From: Lingula anatina
Taxonomy: Eukaryota > Animalia > Brachiopoda
Assembly: GCA_051362555.1 (NCBI GenBank)
Contig: CM120646.1
Coordinates: 6,448,001 to 6,512,000, forward strand
Direction: 5' to 3'
DNA length: 64,000 nucleotides
The notes beneath the pieces were generated by a model. The model ran no database searches, had not been told where the DNA came from, and worked only from the letters and a program-made list of their open reading frames with translations. How positions within the stretch are numbered: position 1 is the first letter of the stretch; the number at the start of each line of letters is the position of its first letter. The translations under genes and the position numbers were made by a program. Shown piece after piece: positions 61,601 through 64,000 of this stretch.

Positions 61601-62440
61601 TCCACACAGGGAAAGCGTTTATATATTTAAGGAAATTTAGAATGAAAAAAACAAGCTTTGTGACAAACAAGCTTTGTACTTTTCTAAGAATAGAGAAAAT
61701 TAAAATACAAAGCTTTATGTTTAATTGATGCCTCTTCAGCACGCCGAAATCGCGTTCCACATAGTGCCCTCAATTCCCAGACAGCACGACTGCTAAAGAG
61801 CTGACTAGCATAAGTAAAGCTTGCGGTAGATTTATGCAAAAACCAACAGCTAATTCCGGACGGTTCACCAATAAATTAACGCCGTTTTTTTTTTCGGGAA
61901 AATACGACGTAATAAATGGCGCGCACCCAGGGATACATAAAGCCGAGATTAATCTGAAGTAGCCGGGTATCTGGTGCAAGAAGCACATAAATAACCCCAG
62001 AACAGACGTCCTATTAAACCTTTTGAGGATAAAGTGTTGTTAAGTGATCATTGGTAATTACTTTACGCCTTTACAAGGCCAATTGCCCCCCAGACACCCG
62101 CATGAGTAACGCACGGGTTCCACTTGAAGGAATGTCTAAAGAAAATGGAAATTTAATTTTTTATGTTTTGTGTTCGAAATTGTAACAAAAAGCTCCGTTT
62201 TTGTTTCAATGTTGTACAACATCTCATTCGTTTTTTTCTCTGCTATACCCTTTTATGAATATTTCAAAATTCATTTTAAATAAATCTACAGAGGTGACAC
62301 ATTTATTTCTTCATACAATGTTATGATTATCTCTAAATTGCCATGTCTATATGTTTACAAATATTAAAGTATTTGGAAAAGTGTAAAACAAACGCTCTTT
62401 GGTAAAATTGCTTCTGAAAACGCTTTGAAATAAACAATGA

Positions 62441-62794
<354 letters not shown>

Positions 62795-64000
62795 TTTTTA
62801 GATAAGACATTTATAGTAAAATTTCCCAATATAGCAACAATGTTCTTATACAAAGGTCGAATGGCAATGGAAATCTTTGTGCTATCAGTCTGTTAGACAT
62901 GACGTTCTCATGACGTTCTCTTGCTTAAGACTGTTCCGAAGACATGTGTGAAAACACTATGTAGTAATGGTGCGGTAACGCACTGTTCGCTGCGGTAACG
63001 TTGGAATCAAAGACAACAGGACATGTAAATATTTTAATTACGGAAGTAGTTGTAGGGTTCAGTGTCCCAATTTTAGTCAGACACAGTCTAATTTTAGAGT
63101 TACCTCCTATATTCTGCGAGAAACATTTTGATTTAAAATCTAATCATAGCCTGAACAAGGAATTTGCAAAACTGAAACCCATAAAATATACACAACTGAG
63201 GTTGCCTTGTCGGCAAAGGGGATTCTTAATTGGTCAATTTTTCAGAAAGAGGTAGCAGGGAAATATTGAATTACGGAATCTCATTACGCTTGCTTGCGTG
63301 TAAAATATAATCTGGTATTCCAGTGATGTAAATATTATATGATATATCTGTTCGTTTTACGTGTGTTTCATTCGCATTGTGTAAGTATTTTACGTCTTGA
63401 AATCAGTTATTCTTCTATTAAGATTATTTACAGAAATGTTAGCGTCGACAACAAAAACTTACGGACGGTATGCTCAAGGAATATATAGGAAATGACATGC
63501 CAGACTGACGAAAAAGCCCATTTGACATTCAACAAGATTTAGCAAAAAAGACTTGTGAATTTTTGACGCGTTACTTGTCATTAAATATACTAACGCTCCA
63601 TGGTCATTCAGCAACAAAGCTATCTTTTCCAAGACAGAAAGCAATCACTTAGTTTATAACACCCACATCCTGTCAAAATGAACTGTCAGACCGGGATTTA
63701 TATATTTTAAATGTGCCAAGCCCCCCTAAAACTACCTATGCCTCGGCACTTAAAGGTATGACGAATATGTCTATATTGCCAGTAGTTTGTTTAGTGTGCC
63801 AAACATTGCTGGAAACAATACCTTTATTTTTATTTGGTCATCCATATGTGTCAATGGAATATTTTTGTCAATACTGAATATAAGATAATGTTATTTAATG
63901 CCATCTGTATAAAAAAAATCAACAATATAGATCATATTGACCCATAGACCGGGAAGCCCACCCATAAAAGTACACACTTTTACAAAAGGAATATACTTGC

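Overview
This window is AT-rich animal DNA, not prokaryotic, and covers part of a lophotrochozoan (spiralian) Hox cluster. Two two-exon Hox genes lie in tandem on the + strand. The first is Lox5 (exons 7737-8247 and 17145-17440, 268 aa), with an MSSY N-terminus, YPWM hexapeptide, Antp-class homeodomain and the diagnostic KLTGP parapeptide. The second, about 29 kb downstream, is Hox5/Scr (exons 46468-47026 and 62511-62794, 280 aa). Each has one long phase-1 GT-AG intron between the hexapeptide and the homeobox. The rest is non-coding: microsatellites, one 102-bp tandem duplication and several CpG-enriched patches that look like cis-regulatory modules. The most interesting signals are: (1) an ordered promoter grammar shared by both paralogs (reverse CCAAT, CACGTGAC, CTACAAATCA, then ATGAGYTCGTAT), which at Hox5 also resembles the vertebrate HOXA5 promoter as I recall it; (2) recurrent RFX X-box palindromes; (3) candidate unannotated exons upstream of Lox5, upstream of Hox5 and in the Lox5 3' region. 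I see no evidence for a wholly new gene system. All regulatory and splice calls are by eye and need alignment or RNA-seq.
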